From positions 1,420,738 to 1,477,833 of the forward strand of contig CP070686.1 in assembly GCA_020353055.1 (NCBI GenBank): 57,096 nucleotides of DNA, read 5' to 3'. Positions 30,319 to 40,079 of the stretch are shown here, piece by piece (position 1 is the first letter of the stretch; each line of letters opens with the position of its first letter). The translations under genes were made by a program, and so were the position numbers. The DNA comes from a candidate division WOR-3 bacterium (GTDB taxonomy: Bacteria; Hydrothermota; Tepidihabitantia; SM23-42). The notes below the pieces were generated by a model that saw only the letters and a program-made list of their open reading frames with translations, did no database searches and was not told the origin of the DNA.

Positions 30319-31099
30319 AAAGAAAATACTGATAATTGACAATGATGTTAAATCGACCGAAGAGAGTAGGAAGGTGTTGGAAAATGTAGGTTTCGCGGTT
30401 ACGGTTGTCACGCAGGGCAAAGAGGGAATAGAGGTCGTTCACAACCTCCATCCGGATCTGGTCATCATAGAAGCAATGCTCCCAGACGTAAATGGATTTT
30501 CTGTATGTCGTGAATTAAAAGAGAATCCTGATTACCGTTCCATACCTATCCTCATCGTAACTGCACTCGGTACTTCTGAGGAAACTTATCTGTCGAATAT
30601 GGCTACCGAGCACAAAGCCGATGGTTTTCTTGTGAAACCAGTCTCTGGTAGTGATCTGCTGCAAAAAATTGGCGATATGTTGTCAAGTACTACACCGTCA
30701 ACAAAAGAAATAAAATCGCGGGCGAAAATACTACTGATTGACGATGACCCGGATTTTCTGGATGCAACGAAACAGTTACTCATAGCCAATCGGTTTCAGG
30801 TGCTGACGGCTGAAAATGGTGAAGAGGGTATTGGAAAGGCAAAGTATGAAAAACCCGATTTGATTGTGCTTGACGTTATCATGCCCGGCAAAGATGGATA
30901 TTCTGTGTGCTACGAACTTAGACAGATTGCAGAGACAAGACCGATACCGATAATCATGCTCACTGCGGTTGGACAGCAGTTATCGAAACCCGAGTATGCC
31001 ATGGATATGGCGATCGATCACCTCGCGGATGACTATATCGACAAACCTGTAGATACCCAGACTTTGATAAGAAAGATAGAAAAACATCTACGGCGTTAA
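30311..31099 (+). CDS. Tandem receiver-domain response regulator
   Basis: Two REC domains; first has IIEAMLP (E at phospho site), second has VLDVIMP. Confidence 0.85.
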   Translation: MDRKKILIIDNDVKSTEESRKVLENVGFAVTVVTQGKEGIEVVHNLHPDLVIIEAMLPDVNGFSVCRELKENPDYRSIPILIVTALGTSEETYLSNMATEHKADGFLVKPVSGSDLLQKIGDMLSSTTPSTKEIKSRAKILLIDDDPDFLDATKQLLIANRFQVLTAENGEEGIGKAKYEKPDLIVLDVIMPGKDGYSVCYELRQIAETRPIPIIMLTAVGQQLSKPEYAMDMAIDHLADDYIDKPVDTQTLIRKIEKHLRR

Positions 31100-31135
31100 G
31101 ATTGAAAATACTGTGTCCTTGTCTTTGATATCCAT

Positions 31136-33136
31136 ATGTTGATACCACGTTTTCCTCTCAGGGCGAAATTAATTGTAGTTTTTTCGTTGGTCATAGTCAT
31201 TGGTGTTTTCATCTCAACACTCGTTGGAATCAATCTTATCGGCACGGCGATCATCAGGCAGGCGCAGGATAAGGTCCGGCTCGACCTCAACTCGGCACGG
31301 GAGGTGTACAAAGCCGAGAGCGATGCGATAAAAACAAAAATACGCCTGACGGCTGATCGGTTCTTTATCAAAGATGCGCTATACATCAATGATCACGATC
31401 GCCTGCGTCGGGAATTACAGAAGATCAGAGAACGTGAATCTCTTGACATACTGACGCTCACAGACGACAAGGGTATGGTTTTGGTCAGAGCGCATAATAC
31501 GAGTGTATTCGGTGACCGGCCTGAAGATGACCTTGTAGACTTGGTCAGAAGCCGCAGAGAACCGGTTGTCGCCACGATGATAGTGTCTGAGGATGAGATG
31601 GTTAGACTTGGGGCTACCTTTCTTGAGAGTGCCCGTATTGACTTGATCCCGACTCCTAAATCAAGACCATCCGAAAAGAAGGTTGAGCAATCAGGAATGT
31701 TTATTAAGGCAGCGGCTCCTGTTTTTGATTACTCTGGTAGACTGATAGGTGTTCTGTTTGGCGGTAACATGTTGAACCGCGATTATGACATCGTGGATAG
31801 AGTGAAGAACACGGTGTATTTGAGTGAAATGTACAAAGGTAGAGATATCGGCACGGCTACGATTTTTCTGGATGACGCAAGGATCTCCACCAATGTTATG
31901 AATATCGATGGAGAACGAGCCGTAGGCACTCGGGTTTCAAAGGAGGTATATGATCAGGTCGTCGTTCAGGGTAAGCCATGGATCGGTCGTGCGTTTGTCG
32001 TTAATGCATGGTATATGACAGCATATGAACCCATAAGAAACGTCAAGGATGAGATCATCGGTATGCTTTATGTTGGGATGCTGGAAGCACCATATGTTGA
32101 TTTGAGAAACCGGGTTGTGCTGATTTTCTGGAGCATCGCGATCGTCAGCGTTATCTTGCTGTCAATAATCGCTAGTTACACAACATCCAATATAATCAAG
32201 CCGATAAAAGCATTGGCTTTGGCTACCGAGAAAGTTGCCAGTGGTGACATGACCCAGCGTGTCGAAATAGACACCAGAGACGAAATCGGGTTCCTGGGAG
32301 ATTCTTTTAATCAGATGACCGCGGCATTGCAGGAAGCAACTGATGGTTACCAGAAATTGACTCGGACACTTGAAGAAAAGGTAAGGGAGAAAACCGAGGA
32401 ACTCAGGGCGACGCAAGATTTCCTGATTCAATCCGAAAGATTGGCTTCACTGGGCAAACTCGCAGCCGGTGTTGCACATGAAATAAATAATCCTTTGACA
32501 TCCATTTTGCTCAATAGCCATCTGATTCTCGAAAGGTTTAAAAATAACGATGCTGTCAAAGAAAATCTTGAATTAATAATCAATGAAACCACGCGGTGTA
32601 GTTCTATTGTAAGTGGCTTGCTGGAATTTGCCCGGCAGACGCCACCTGAAAAGACATCAGTAAACATCAACAAAGTTATAGAAAGTACACTTCTGCTGAT
32701 GGAAACCCAAGCACTTGTACGCAAAGTACGGATCAACAAGGATCTTCAGGATGGTTTGCCGGAGTTGATGGTTGACCTGGGTAAGATCAAGCAGGTTTTT
32801 ACCAACATTGTAATGAACGCGATTGATGCTATGCCAAGTGGTGGTGTATTGAGGATATCTTCACGTGTGCCGGAGGATACGACATGCGTGGAGATTGTTT
32901 TTGAAGACAACGGTAAGGGAATCCCACAGGAACATTTACAGAGGATTTTTGATCCGTTTTTTACGACGAAAGGCACCAAGGGGACTGGTTTAGGCCTATC
33001 GATAAGTTATGGAATCATACAGCAACATAGTGGTCGTATCGATGTTGAAAGTAAGGTTGGCAAAGGTACGAAAATGACCATTTATCTACCCTTGCATATC
33101 TCGCCAGAGAAAAAAAAGGAGGATAGAAGTGTCTGA
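31136..33136 (+). CDS. Cache-HAMP sensor histidine kinase (NtrB-like)
   Basis: Two TMs, Cache domain (ERAVGT, YMTAYEPI), HAMP, AHEINNPL, FDPFFTTK, GTGLGL. Confidence 0.9.
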   Translation: MLIPRFPLRAKLIVVFSLVIVIGVFISTLVGINLIGTAIIRQAQDKVRLDLNSAREVYKAESDAIKTKIRLTADRFFIKDALYINDHDRLRRELQKIRERESLDILTLTDDKGMVLVRAHNTSVFGDRPEDDLVDLVRSRREPVVATMIVSEDEMVRLGATFLESARIDLIPTPKSRPSEKKVEQSGMFIKAAAPVFDYSGRLIGVLFGGNMLNRDYDIVDRVKNTVYLSEMYKGRDIGTATIFLDDARISTNVMNIDGERAVGTRVSKEVYDQVVVQGKPWIGRAFVVNAWYMTAYEPIRNVKDEIIGMLYVGMLEAPYVDLRNRVVLIFWSIAIVSVILLSIIASYTTSNIIKPIKALALATEKVASGDMTQRVEIDTRDEIGFLGDSFNQMTAALQEATDGYQKLTRTLEEKVREKTEELRATQDFLIQSERLASLGKLAAGVAHEINNPLTSILLNSHLILERFKNNDAVKENLELIINETTRCSSIVSGLLEFARQTPPEKTSVNINKVIESTLLLMETQALVRKVRINKDLQDGLPELMVDLGKIKQVFTNIVMNAIDAMPSGGVLRISSRVPEDTTCVEIVFEDNGKGIPQEHLQRIFDPFFTTKGTKGTGLGLSISYGIIQQHSGRIDVESKVGKGTKMTIYLPLHISPEKKKEDRSV

Positions 33137-33905
33137 GAAATTCAAAATCCTGGTAGTCGATGACGAGCTGCCGGTATGCAAAAGCATTGCTAGTGCGCTG
33201 GCTGGTGATGAATATTCTGTTGATACTGCGCTCAGTGGGGAAGAGGCGTTGGAATACCAAGAGAAAAAGCATTATGACGCGATTATTGCGGATTTGATGA
33301 TGCCCGGAATTAGCGGGTTAGAGTTGTTAAAGAAGGTTAAAATCAATAGTCCCGATACCATGATGATAATGATTACAGGATATCCGTCGATCAGAACTGC
33401 GGTAGAGGCAATAAAGATAGGCGCTTTTGATTATTTACCAAAGCCCTTCACTCCGAATGACCTTCGTAGTATTGTTTCTCGAGCACTGACGAGAAAACGC
33501 GTTGTCGAACAGAAGACCGAACAATCAAGAATACTCGAAGATTTACCTGTACCTCAGGGTTTGCATACGATCCCGGAGAATTCATGGGTGAAAGTCGAGG
33601 ATGATGGCAGCGTACTCGTTGGCATACACCATATGCTATTGGTAACGATAAAGAAGATATCAACCATTGAATATCCTAACTTGAACGAAACGCGGTATCA
33701 GGGCGAGGCGCTTGTGAGAATCGTTGAATCTGATGAGCGTATACATAAACTATGGACACCGGTAACCGGAAAGGTTATTGCGATAAATAATCGTATACAA
33801 GATGACTACGGGAAGCTGTACCTGGATCCTTATATTACCGGATGGTTGGTTCAGCTGATGCCCGCCAATTTGGATGACGACCTGAAGAACCTTGTCGTTA
33901 CATAA
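33129..33905 (+). CDS. Response regulator fused to glycine-cleavage H-protein-like domain
   Basis: REC (DLMMP, YLPKPF), then SWVKVE..VLVGI...TPVTGKVIAIN...DPYITGWL. Confidence 0.8.
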   Translation: MSEKFKILVVDDELPVCKSIASALAGDEYSVDTALSGEEALEYQEKKHYDAIIADLMMPGISGLELLKKVKINSPDTMMIMITGYPSIRTAVEAIKIGAFDYLPKPFTPNDLRSIVSRALTRKRVVEQKTEQSRILEDLPVPQGLHTIPENSWVKVEDDGSVLVGIHHMLLVTIKKISTIEYPNLNETRYQGEALVRIVESDERIHKLWTPVTGKVIAINNRIQDDYGKLYLDPYITGWLVQLMPANLDDDLKNLVVT

Positions 33906-33948
33906 GCAGCCTGCGTAATTTTTTCCCGGGTTGCTAACTGGAGGATGA

Positions 33949-34614
33949 TTGATACTACAGTACGGTGAGGAAGATATCGATGTGAATCCCAGCAAGATCA
34001 TTGCTGTGGCGAGGAACTACAGGGCACATGCCGAAGAAATGGGCGCTGAAGCACCTGGTGAGCCTAAGTTTTTCTTGAAACCAAGATCGTCATTACTGGC
34101 GGATAAAGGGCAGGTTATTCTTCCGGAGGTTTCTTCGCGCGTGGATTACGAAGTTGAGTTAGCTCTGATAATTGCTTCGAGAGCGAAATGCGTATCGCCC
34201 GAGAAAGTGGACAGCATGATTCTGGGTTATACGATCCTGGTCGATATTACCGCACGCGATATTCAGGTTGCTGCGAAGAAACAAGGTATGCCATGGACGA
34301 TCTCCAAAGGGTATGATACTTTTTCTCCGATTGGTCCGAGGGTCGTTTCCGCAAGGGATTTGGATCCATCTAATCTGGATATTTGGCTCAAAGTAAATGG
34401 AGAAATCAAACAAAAAGGTAACACAAACTTGATGATATTTCCAGTTCGTAAACTCGTGTCGTACATTTCCTGCATAATGACGCTCGAACCCATGGATATA
34501 ATTGCCACCGGTACACCATCCGGAGTCGGTCCGATGCAGGCTGGTGACCTGATCGAAGCAGGGATTGAGAATATTGGTACACTAACATTTACGGCAGTAC
34601 GTAAGAATTGCTGA
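33949..34614 (+). CDS. Fumarylacetoacetate hydrolase family protein
   Basis: RNYRAHAEE, FFLKP, DYEVEL, DITARD, KGYDTF, ATGTPSGVG; GGAGG before TTG. Confidence 0.9.
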   Translation: MILQYGEEDIDVNPSKIIAVARNYRAHAEEMGAEAPGEPKFFLKPRSSLLADKGQVILPEVSSRVDYEVELALIIASRAKCVSPEKVDSMILGYTILVDITARDIQVAAKKQGMPWTISKGYDTFSPIGPRVVSARDLDPSNLDIWLKVNGEIKQKGNTNLMIFPVRKLVSYISCIMTLEPMDIIATGTPSGVGPMQAGDLIEAGIENIGTLTFTAVRKNC

Positions 34615-35408
34615 GTACGCGCATGTTCGTGAATTCCCATCGAAATGACGCTCACACTCCCAGTTTAATGCTGGATTGGGGTATCGAGGGTATGCGTTAC
34701 GCGTTGAGGAACCGCAATATTATAGTTGTCGTTGACACGCTCCGTTTCAGCACGGCGGTTGTTACAGCAGTCGCCCATGGATTCACTATTCACCCGGTGG
34801 CTGATCGGAAATCCGGCGAGGTTCTAGCATCATCGATTGGTGCCAATCTAGCTGGTAAACCAGGCGAGTCAAAGTACACGATCTCACCGTACAGTTACTT
34901 AGAGAGTGCGCATGAAGATAATAAAGAAGTGGTTCTATTTTCACCCAACGGGGCAAACTGCTCGGCATTAGTTGGCAGAGATAATGTTGCTTATGTCGGG
35001 TGCCTGCTGAATGCCAAAACGGTTGGTGAGTATATTACCGCGATAGCCCGTAGTATGCATACAAATGTAACCGTTATTGCAGCCGGAGAACAGCGGGCCG
35101 TTGATACCGGTGAACGGATAGTGTATGAAAAAAGAGCTGCCTATCCTGTATTTGCCATCGAGGATTATCTCGGCAGTGGTGCAATAATATGCTATTCAGA
35201 CCTGCAGAAGAGCGCTGAGGCACGGGTATGCCAATGGGCTTTTGAGCGCTCAAAGAAAATGCTCATAGAGTTAATGCTGGATAGCTTCAGCGGAAGATAT
35301 TTGGTGGAAAACAACCTGCGAGAAGATGTGGAACACGCTGCCCGGTTGAATCTTTATGATGTCATACCGATGATCAAAGATGGTAGGATATCAAACTTAA
35401 GATGCTAA
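34608..35408 (+). CDS. 2-phosphosulfolactate phosphatase (ComB) family protein
   Basis: VVVDTLRFST, SPNGA, GCLLNA, IAAGE, EDYLGSG; start codon uncertain. Confidence 0.8.
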   Translation: MLSTRMFVNSHRNDAHTPSLMLDWGIEGMRYALRNRNIIVVVDTLRFSTAVVTAVAHGFTIHPVADRKSGEVLASSIGANLAGKPGESKYTISPYSYLESAHEDNKEVVLFSPNGANCSALVGRDNVAYVGCLLNAKTVGEYITAIARSMHTNVTVIAAGEQRAVDTGERIVYEKRAAYPVFAIEDYLGSGAIICYSDLQKSAEARVCQWAFERSKKMLIELMLDSFSGRYLVENNLREDVEHAARLNLYDVIPMIKDGRISNLRC

Positions 35409-35418
35409 TGTTGAGCGT

Positions 35419-36099
35419 ATGAAGACAAACGACTCAGGGGAAATGTTTGCTTACTACGACAAGCGGGCGGCCGAATATGATGATATTTATCAAGGTAAAG
35501 CCCCAGGCATACCCGAGCCAAATGTATACAAGGAAGACGTTGAGAAGATTGTGAAAATCGCCGCTGATTTCGGCAGGGGGCATCTCATTGATATCGGATG
35601 CGGAACCGGATACTGGCTACCGCACTATTCAAGGAATTGCAGTGAGATAACACTCGTTGATCAATCACGGCGTATGCTTGTCGAATGTCAGAAAAGGGTC
35701 AACGCTCTCCACCTCGATATGGATGTTCATTACATCGAAGGAAATTTTCTCGAAGTAGATTTCTCTTCGGGGGTATTCGAGTCAGCAGTGGTGGCTTTTG
35801 TAGTGAGCCATTTGACCAAGGAGATCTCGGAATTCTTCTTCGATAAGTTACGGAAAATACTGAAGCCCGGTGCAAACGTGTTATGGATTGACGGCTCGTG
35901 GAGTCACATAAGGAAGCGACACAGGATAAAAAGCGGTCCACAGAAAAGAGCATTGAAAAACGGGCAAGCATTTACGATCTTTAAGAGATATTTTGACAAG
36001 CATGATATCGAATCAGCAGTTGAGGAGAACTCTTTGGTTCTTGATTCTATATATTTTGGTGATGTTTTTTTTGCGGCACAGACATCATTGGGTCACTAA
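35419..36099 (+). CDS. Class I SAM-dependent methyltransferase
   Basis: YYDKRAAEYD, DIGCGTGYW. Confidence 0.85.
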   Translation: MKTNDSGEMFAYYDKRAAEYDDIYQGKAPGIPEPNVYKEDVEKIVKIAADFGRGHLIDIGCGTGYWLPHYSRNCSEITLVDQSRRMLVECQKRVNALHLDMDVHYIEGNFLEVDFSSGVFESAVVAFVVSHLTKEISEFFFDKLRKILKPGANVLWIDGSWSHIRKRHRIKSGPQKRALKNGQAFTIFKRYFDKHDIESAVEENSLVLDSIYFGDVFFAAQTSLGH

Positions 36100-37769
36100 T
36101 CGTTTTCCATCTCGATCAAACATTGTAGGATTTCAATTTCATCGGCGTCAAACCATGTCAATTTACACGCCTGGCATTCATCGATTTCAATGTGATAGGC
36201 GTAACTGTAGAATTTGTGCGCCATCACTTTCCCGCACTTCGGGCAACGCCTTATGTTTATGGAATCCAACAGGAGGTTGAAGTGTGGATGTTTTTGCGCT
36301 GTCTCTTCTTTTATCAACGATGCAATTCGCCTCACCCTCTCAGTATATCCCTTTTCTTCTCTGACGAATATGCGGGGCAGTTTGCTCTGCTCGGCAAGAA
36401 TACCATTACAGAATGCGCATCGCCATAGGTAAAGGCCCTCATATTCCTGTGGTATGAGCCATTCCCTGCAGGTGGGGCAGATGCGCCGAATCTTCCAGAT
36501 GGGTTCTTTTCTCTTATGGAAGAAATAACTCATGGCCGGCAGTTCATTGGCTGTGAATATATCATCGTGGTCGGCTATCTTCATGTGTGTTTCAGGTCCC
36601 ATCCAGTTCAGGGTCTGCAATTGCATCAATGTGAATGGTCCATGCCACGTGTTATCGTGCTCGGCCATGAACCTAACGGCCGGTTTCAAATCTTCTGCTG
36701 CAGTCCTTTGTCCAGTGTCTTTGCGTATTTTTTCTGCAATCGTATCCAGATTCATATGTGCGAGGTTGAGTATTATCTGTAAACGCCGGGCGAGTGGGGG
36801 GTGTGTTGAAAACATCGTGGCGAACACGTCTTCTTTTTCATCGAGTTTGCTGTATTGAGGGTTCAGTATAAATATCGGCCTGATATACTCACCAACAGAA
36901 CCTGCGCCGCGCCAGTGCGTACCGATACGATACAGTGCGCTAGCCAGGCTCTGGGGATCACGTGTTAAGCGAACTGCAGCGGCATCGGCGCGATATTCCT
37001 TTTCTCGAGAGATAAACATGTTGAGTAATTGACTGCTGAGGTCGATGAAGAAAAGGATAATAAAAACAGGTATCGAAAGCAGACTCATGGTGACCGCATC
37101 TTTGGTCGATTCTCTTTCAAAAAGCGGTGATGTGCTGGGCTCACGACTGCTGGCAATTTTCGATAGTTGAGCGAGACCTTCACTGTACATACCAAAGAGG
37201 GAACAAGTTATCGTCGTTTCTAAACAGTCGTTCGATACGATGTGCGCAATTTCGTGTGCCACTATGGCCTGCAATTCACCACGCGTTGCCCGTGACAACA
37301 GCCCTTCGGTTATGCCGACGACCTTCCTGCCTTGAATATCGGCAAGTGCGAAGGCATTCATGGAACCGATAGGCAGTACGTAGCGCTCGACTTGAATACC
37401 ACCGGCAGAAGTTGATATTTCATCGGTTACGTTGTTGAAAACATTGTGGTATTTGTCACGCTTGTCCGGCTGCTGCGCGTGCAAAAGACCGAGTATTTTG
37501 GACACAGCATTCCGGTTTGAATAGTACCAGTGCAGTATTGCTGCTGCAAAAGCAACTAAGATCATACATATCGTATCGATCCCGAAAAGATGATATTCCT
37601 CGCCAGGGATGGAAAATGATTGTCTTAGATAGAAGAGTAATTTTACTATTGAAAAAATAATGAATACCGAGACGAAATATAATAGCGCAAGGAACACAAA
37701 GAGAGTGTATATGCGCCATGTCCTTTGCTTTTCGATATCCCAGAAAGTCGTGATCTTGCCGTTTCCCAT
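36096..37769 (-). CDS. M48/HtpX zinc metalloprotease with C-terminal zinc-ribbon domains
   Basis: NAFA, HEIAH, SREKEYRAD, STHPP; C-terminal CPTC..CAFC and CPKC..CQAC. Confidence 0.85.
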   Translation of the reverse strand: MGNGKITTFWDIEKQRTWRIYTLFVFLALLYFVSVFIIFSIVKLLFYLRQSFSIPGEEYHLFGIDTICMILVAFAAAILHWYYSNRNAVSKILGLLHAQQPDKRDKYHNVFNNVTDEISTSAGGIQVERYVLPIGSMNAFALADIQGRKVVGITEGLLSRATRGELQAIVAHEIAHIVSNDCLETTITCSLFGMYSEGLAQLSKIASSREPSTSPLFERESTKDAVTMSLLSIPVFIILFFIDLSSQLLNMFISREKEYRADAAAVRLTRDPQSLASALYRIGTHWRGAGSVGEYIRPIFILNPQYSKLDEKEDVFATMFSTHPPLARRLQIILNLAHMNLDTIAEKIRKDTGQRTAAEDLKPAVRFMAEHDNTWHGPFTLMQLQTLNWMGPETHMKIADHDDIFTANELPAMSYFFHKRKEPIWKIRRICPTCREWLIPQEYEGLYLWRCAFCNGILAEQSKLPRIFVREEKGYTERVRRIASLIKEETAQKHPHFNLLLDSINIRRCPKCGKVMAHKFYSYAYHIEIDECQACKLTWFDADEIEILQCLIEMEND

Positions 37770-37775
37770 CTGGTT

Positions 37776-37803
37776 AGTTTACTACAATTCGGTTTTTTGT
37801 CAA
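37776..37803 (-). promoter_or_regulatory. sigma70-type promoter, leaderless arrangement
   Basis: TTGACA-N16-TAAACT-N6-ATG. Confidence 0.6.
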
Positions 37804-38127
37804 GGATTAAAAGACGGTTTGTGGGTTGTGCTAATGAGGTTAGTACGATTTTTGCATAAATTAGTGATTTAGCAACAAAAATCAGCATACCGAAATATGA
37901 GGTGATCGGTTTCGTGCTACATCGGTCGGTTTCGAGAAGCAAGGCGGTTTCGTGATCGTAGTTCGTGTTTCGTATTCGTATGATTACGTGCGAGAAAATA
38001 GTTGCAAAAGTATGGGTTTTATATCATTGGCCGCGTATCAGGTTCCCAGCGAAAAACGATAATAACGGGATTAACGTCCTGTTTGCAGCTATTATTCGTC
38101 AGTGCTATCCGTGTATCGACCTTAGGT

Positions 38128-38868
38128 CTATTTTCTCTCCAAATAGGCTTTTGTGAATATTCTATCCGGAATTTTTATGTCGAGTTCAACATCCTCTAAT
38201 GTCAATTCAGTATATGTATTCTGACGTAATTTGTTAATCATCTTGATCTCCGTAGGAAAGGTGTATCCGCTGATACGTTTGAAATCACTGATCGATACTT
38301 CCTTCAGCAGTTTGCCGCTCTTTGCGTATAGCTCGACCTTTACCGCCGCGTACATGTTTTTGTCTACCCACATCTTTCGGGAGTAATAGTTGACTTCAGT
38401 GACCTTCGCCATCATCTGGAGAACGTAACACTCCTTTCCATCTATCTCTTCTGTACCGATCAACTCGACGTCGTAAAGTTCGATCAGCCTTCGGTTCTCT
38501 ACGATATCATCATACGAGAAGTCACTGCCCATCATGCTCTGGCGCAGCATGTGACCGGCGATTTTCGTCGCCCGCTCGACGGCTGGAATGTACATCCATA
38601 TTTCATCCCCGATCTTGAGGAATCTCGTTCCTTTATCGCGGGCCGGATAAGTGAATTCCATGTATGCAAATTCTTTGCCTACTGCGTATCCCGTGAATTC
38701 TTTCTCGCGTATCGTTCCCCCTAAACTGATTGTCATCCTGGCGCGGTAACTCGATGATGTGACGACCGTGTTGTCGTCCACCTTTTCCAGTATTTCCATA
38801 CCGGTTTGTGCAGATAGTATGGCCGTCGATATTAATGTGCAAACAAGAAATTTACCGGTTATTTTCAT
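38128..38868 (-). CDS. LolA-like outer-membrane lipoprotein-sorting protein
   Basis: Signal peptide; PARDKGTRFLK, WMYIP, SMMGSDFSYDD, SGKLLK. Confidence 0.82.
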   Translation of the reverse strand: MKITGKFLVCTLISTAILSAQTGMEILEKVDDNTVVTSSSYRARMTISLGGTIREKEFTGYAVGKEFAYMEFTYPARDKGTRFLKIGDEIWMYIPAVERATKIAGHMLRQSMMGSDFSYDDIVENRRLIELYDVELIGTEEIDGKECYVLQMMAKVTEVNYYSRKMWVDKNMYAAVKVELYAKSGKLLKEVSISDFKRISGYTFPTEIKMINKLRQNTYTELTLEDVELDIKIPDRIFTKAYLERK

Positions 38869-40079
38869 ATTGTTTTCAATGCCTTTGCTGGATTTATTCT
38901 CGTTGCTTTACTGATGGGTAGCAGAGCAACAATGATGGTTACTAATAAGCCTAGTAAGAATCCAGTAACGATGATGAAAGGAGTTGGCGCAGTGTAGATG
39001 ATTGGTCCGAAGGGCATGTCTGCAGATGCCGTGGACGAAACCATGGATATGTCTATTCCTTCGTACTTAAGCCAATAACTGAGTGCGGTGCCGCCGATGG
39101 TTCCAAAAAAGCTTCCAACGATGCCGATAATCGCCGCTTCGATGGTCAACAGTCCCACGATTGATAGGTTGTTGAGACCAAGCGCTTTCATCATGCCTAT
39201 CTCTTTTGTTCGCTCGAATACGATCATGAGCATTGTATTGGCGATGGCAGAGCATGCGACGAGCAGGATAATGATATAGAAGATAGAATAGACTGCCTGG
39301 GCAAGGTTGACCCAGCGGAGCACCGGATTTTGCAAGTATGTTATGACAGCGTATTCATCACCCAAATTTATTGAGCGCGCTGCTTCCAAAGCCTTGCCAG
39401 GGTCATTGAGGAGGATGACAAACTCCGTCGTCCTTCCTTCAAGGTCAAGCATTTTCTGACCCACGTCAAGAGGGATGTAAAAAAGATTCCGATCCATACC
39501 TCCGATGCCGGTTTGGAATATTCCCTTTATGATTAGATTCAGTCCGGTTGGTGAATCATAGGCCGTGCGTGTTATTACTGTAAGCGTATCACCTACTTTC
39601 ATGTTGAGCCTTTCTGCCAGTCCTTTGCCCAGAATCGCTTCATTTCTTCCCGATTCAATATAGGCGCCTTCGATCAGCCTCTTTTGGAGCCCAGCGATTT
39701 CGCGTTCTTTTTCCGCTTCAATGGCGTAACCGAGCGCAGGGATACTCAGTTCTTCTTCCCCCAAAAGCACGCCGAATTTGATCCTTGGCGAAGCGAGTTT
39801 GATATCCGTTTCAGGCAGTGCCTTAAAGAATTCCTCAGAGAGTGCAAATGATTCAGACAGCGGTATCAAGCGCTCACGGCGTTCGTATTCCTTGGTCGTT
39901 ATAGTGATGTGTCCGGATACCAGCTTCACCACATTGCCGCTCATGTTCTGGAATATACCACGGATATAGCTTCTGGCAAAGATTATGGCCGTTATGGCAA
40001 GTGCGACACTGAGCCCGGATATCAGACTGCGCCTCGTGTTCCTGAAGAAATTGCGGTACGCCAGTCTCAGCAGATTCAT
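38865..40079 (-). CDS. ABC transporter permease (FtsX/MacB/LolE-like)
   Basis: AYRNFFRNTRRS, ERTKEIGMMKALG; ATG 40079 coupled to the upstream stop. Confidence 0.88.
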   Translation of the reverse strand: MNLLRLAYRNFFRNTRRSLISGLSVALAITAIIFARSYIRGIFQNMSGNVVKLVSGHITITTKEYERRERLIPLSESFALSEEFFKALPETDIKLASPRIKFGVLLGEEELSIPALGYAIEAEKEREIAGLQKRLIEGAYIESGRNEAILGKGLAERLNMKVGDTLTVITRTAYDSPTGLNLIIKGIFQTGIGGMDRNLFYIPLDVGQKMLDLEGRTTEFVILLNDPGKALEAARSINLGDEYAVITYLQNPVLRWVNLAQAVYSIFYIIILLVACSAIANTMLMIVFERTKEIGMMKALGLNNLSIVGLLTIEAAIIGIVGSFFGTIGGTALSYWLKYEGIDISMVSSTASADMPFGPIIYTAPTPFIIVTGFLLGLLVTIIVALLPISKATRINPAKALKTI

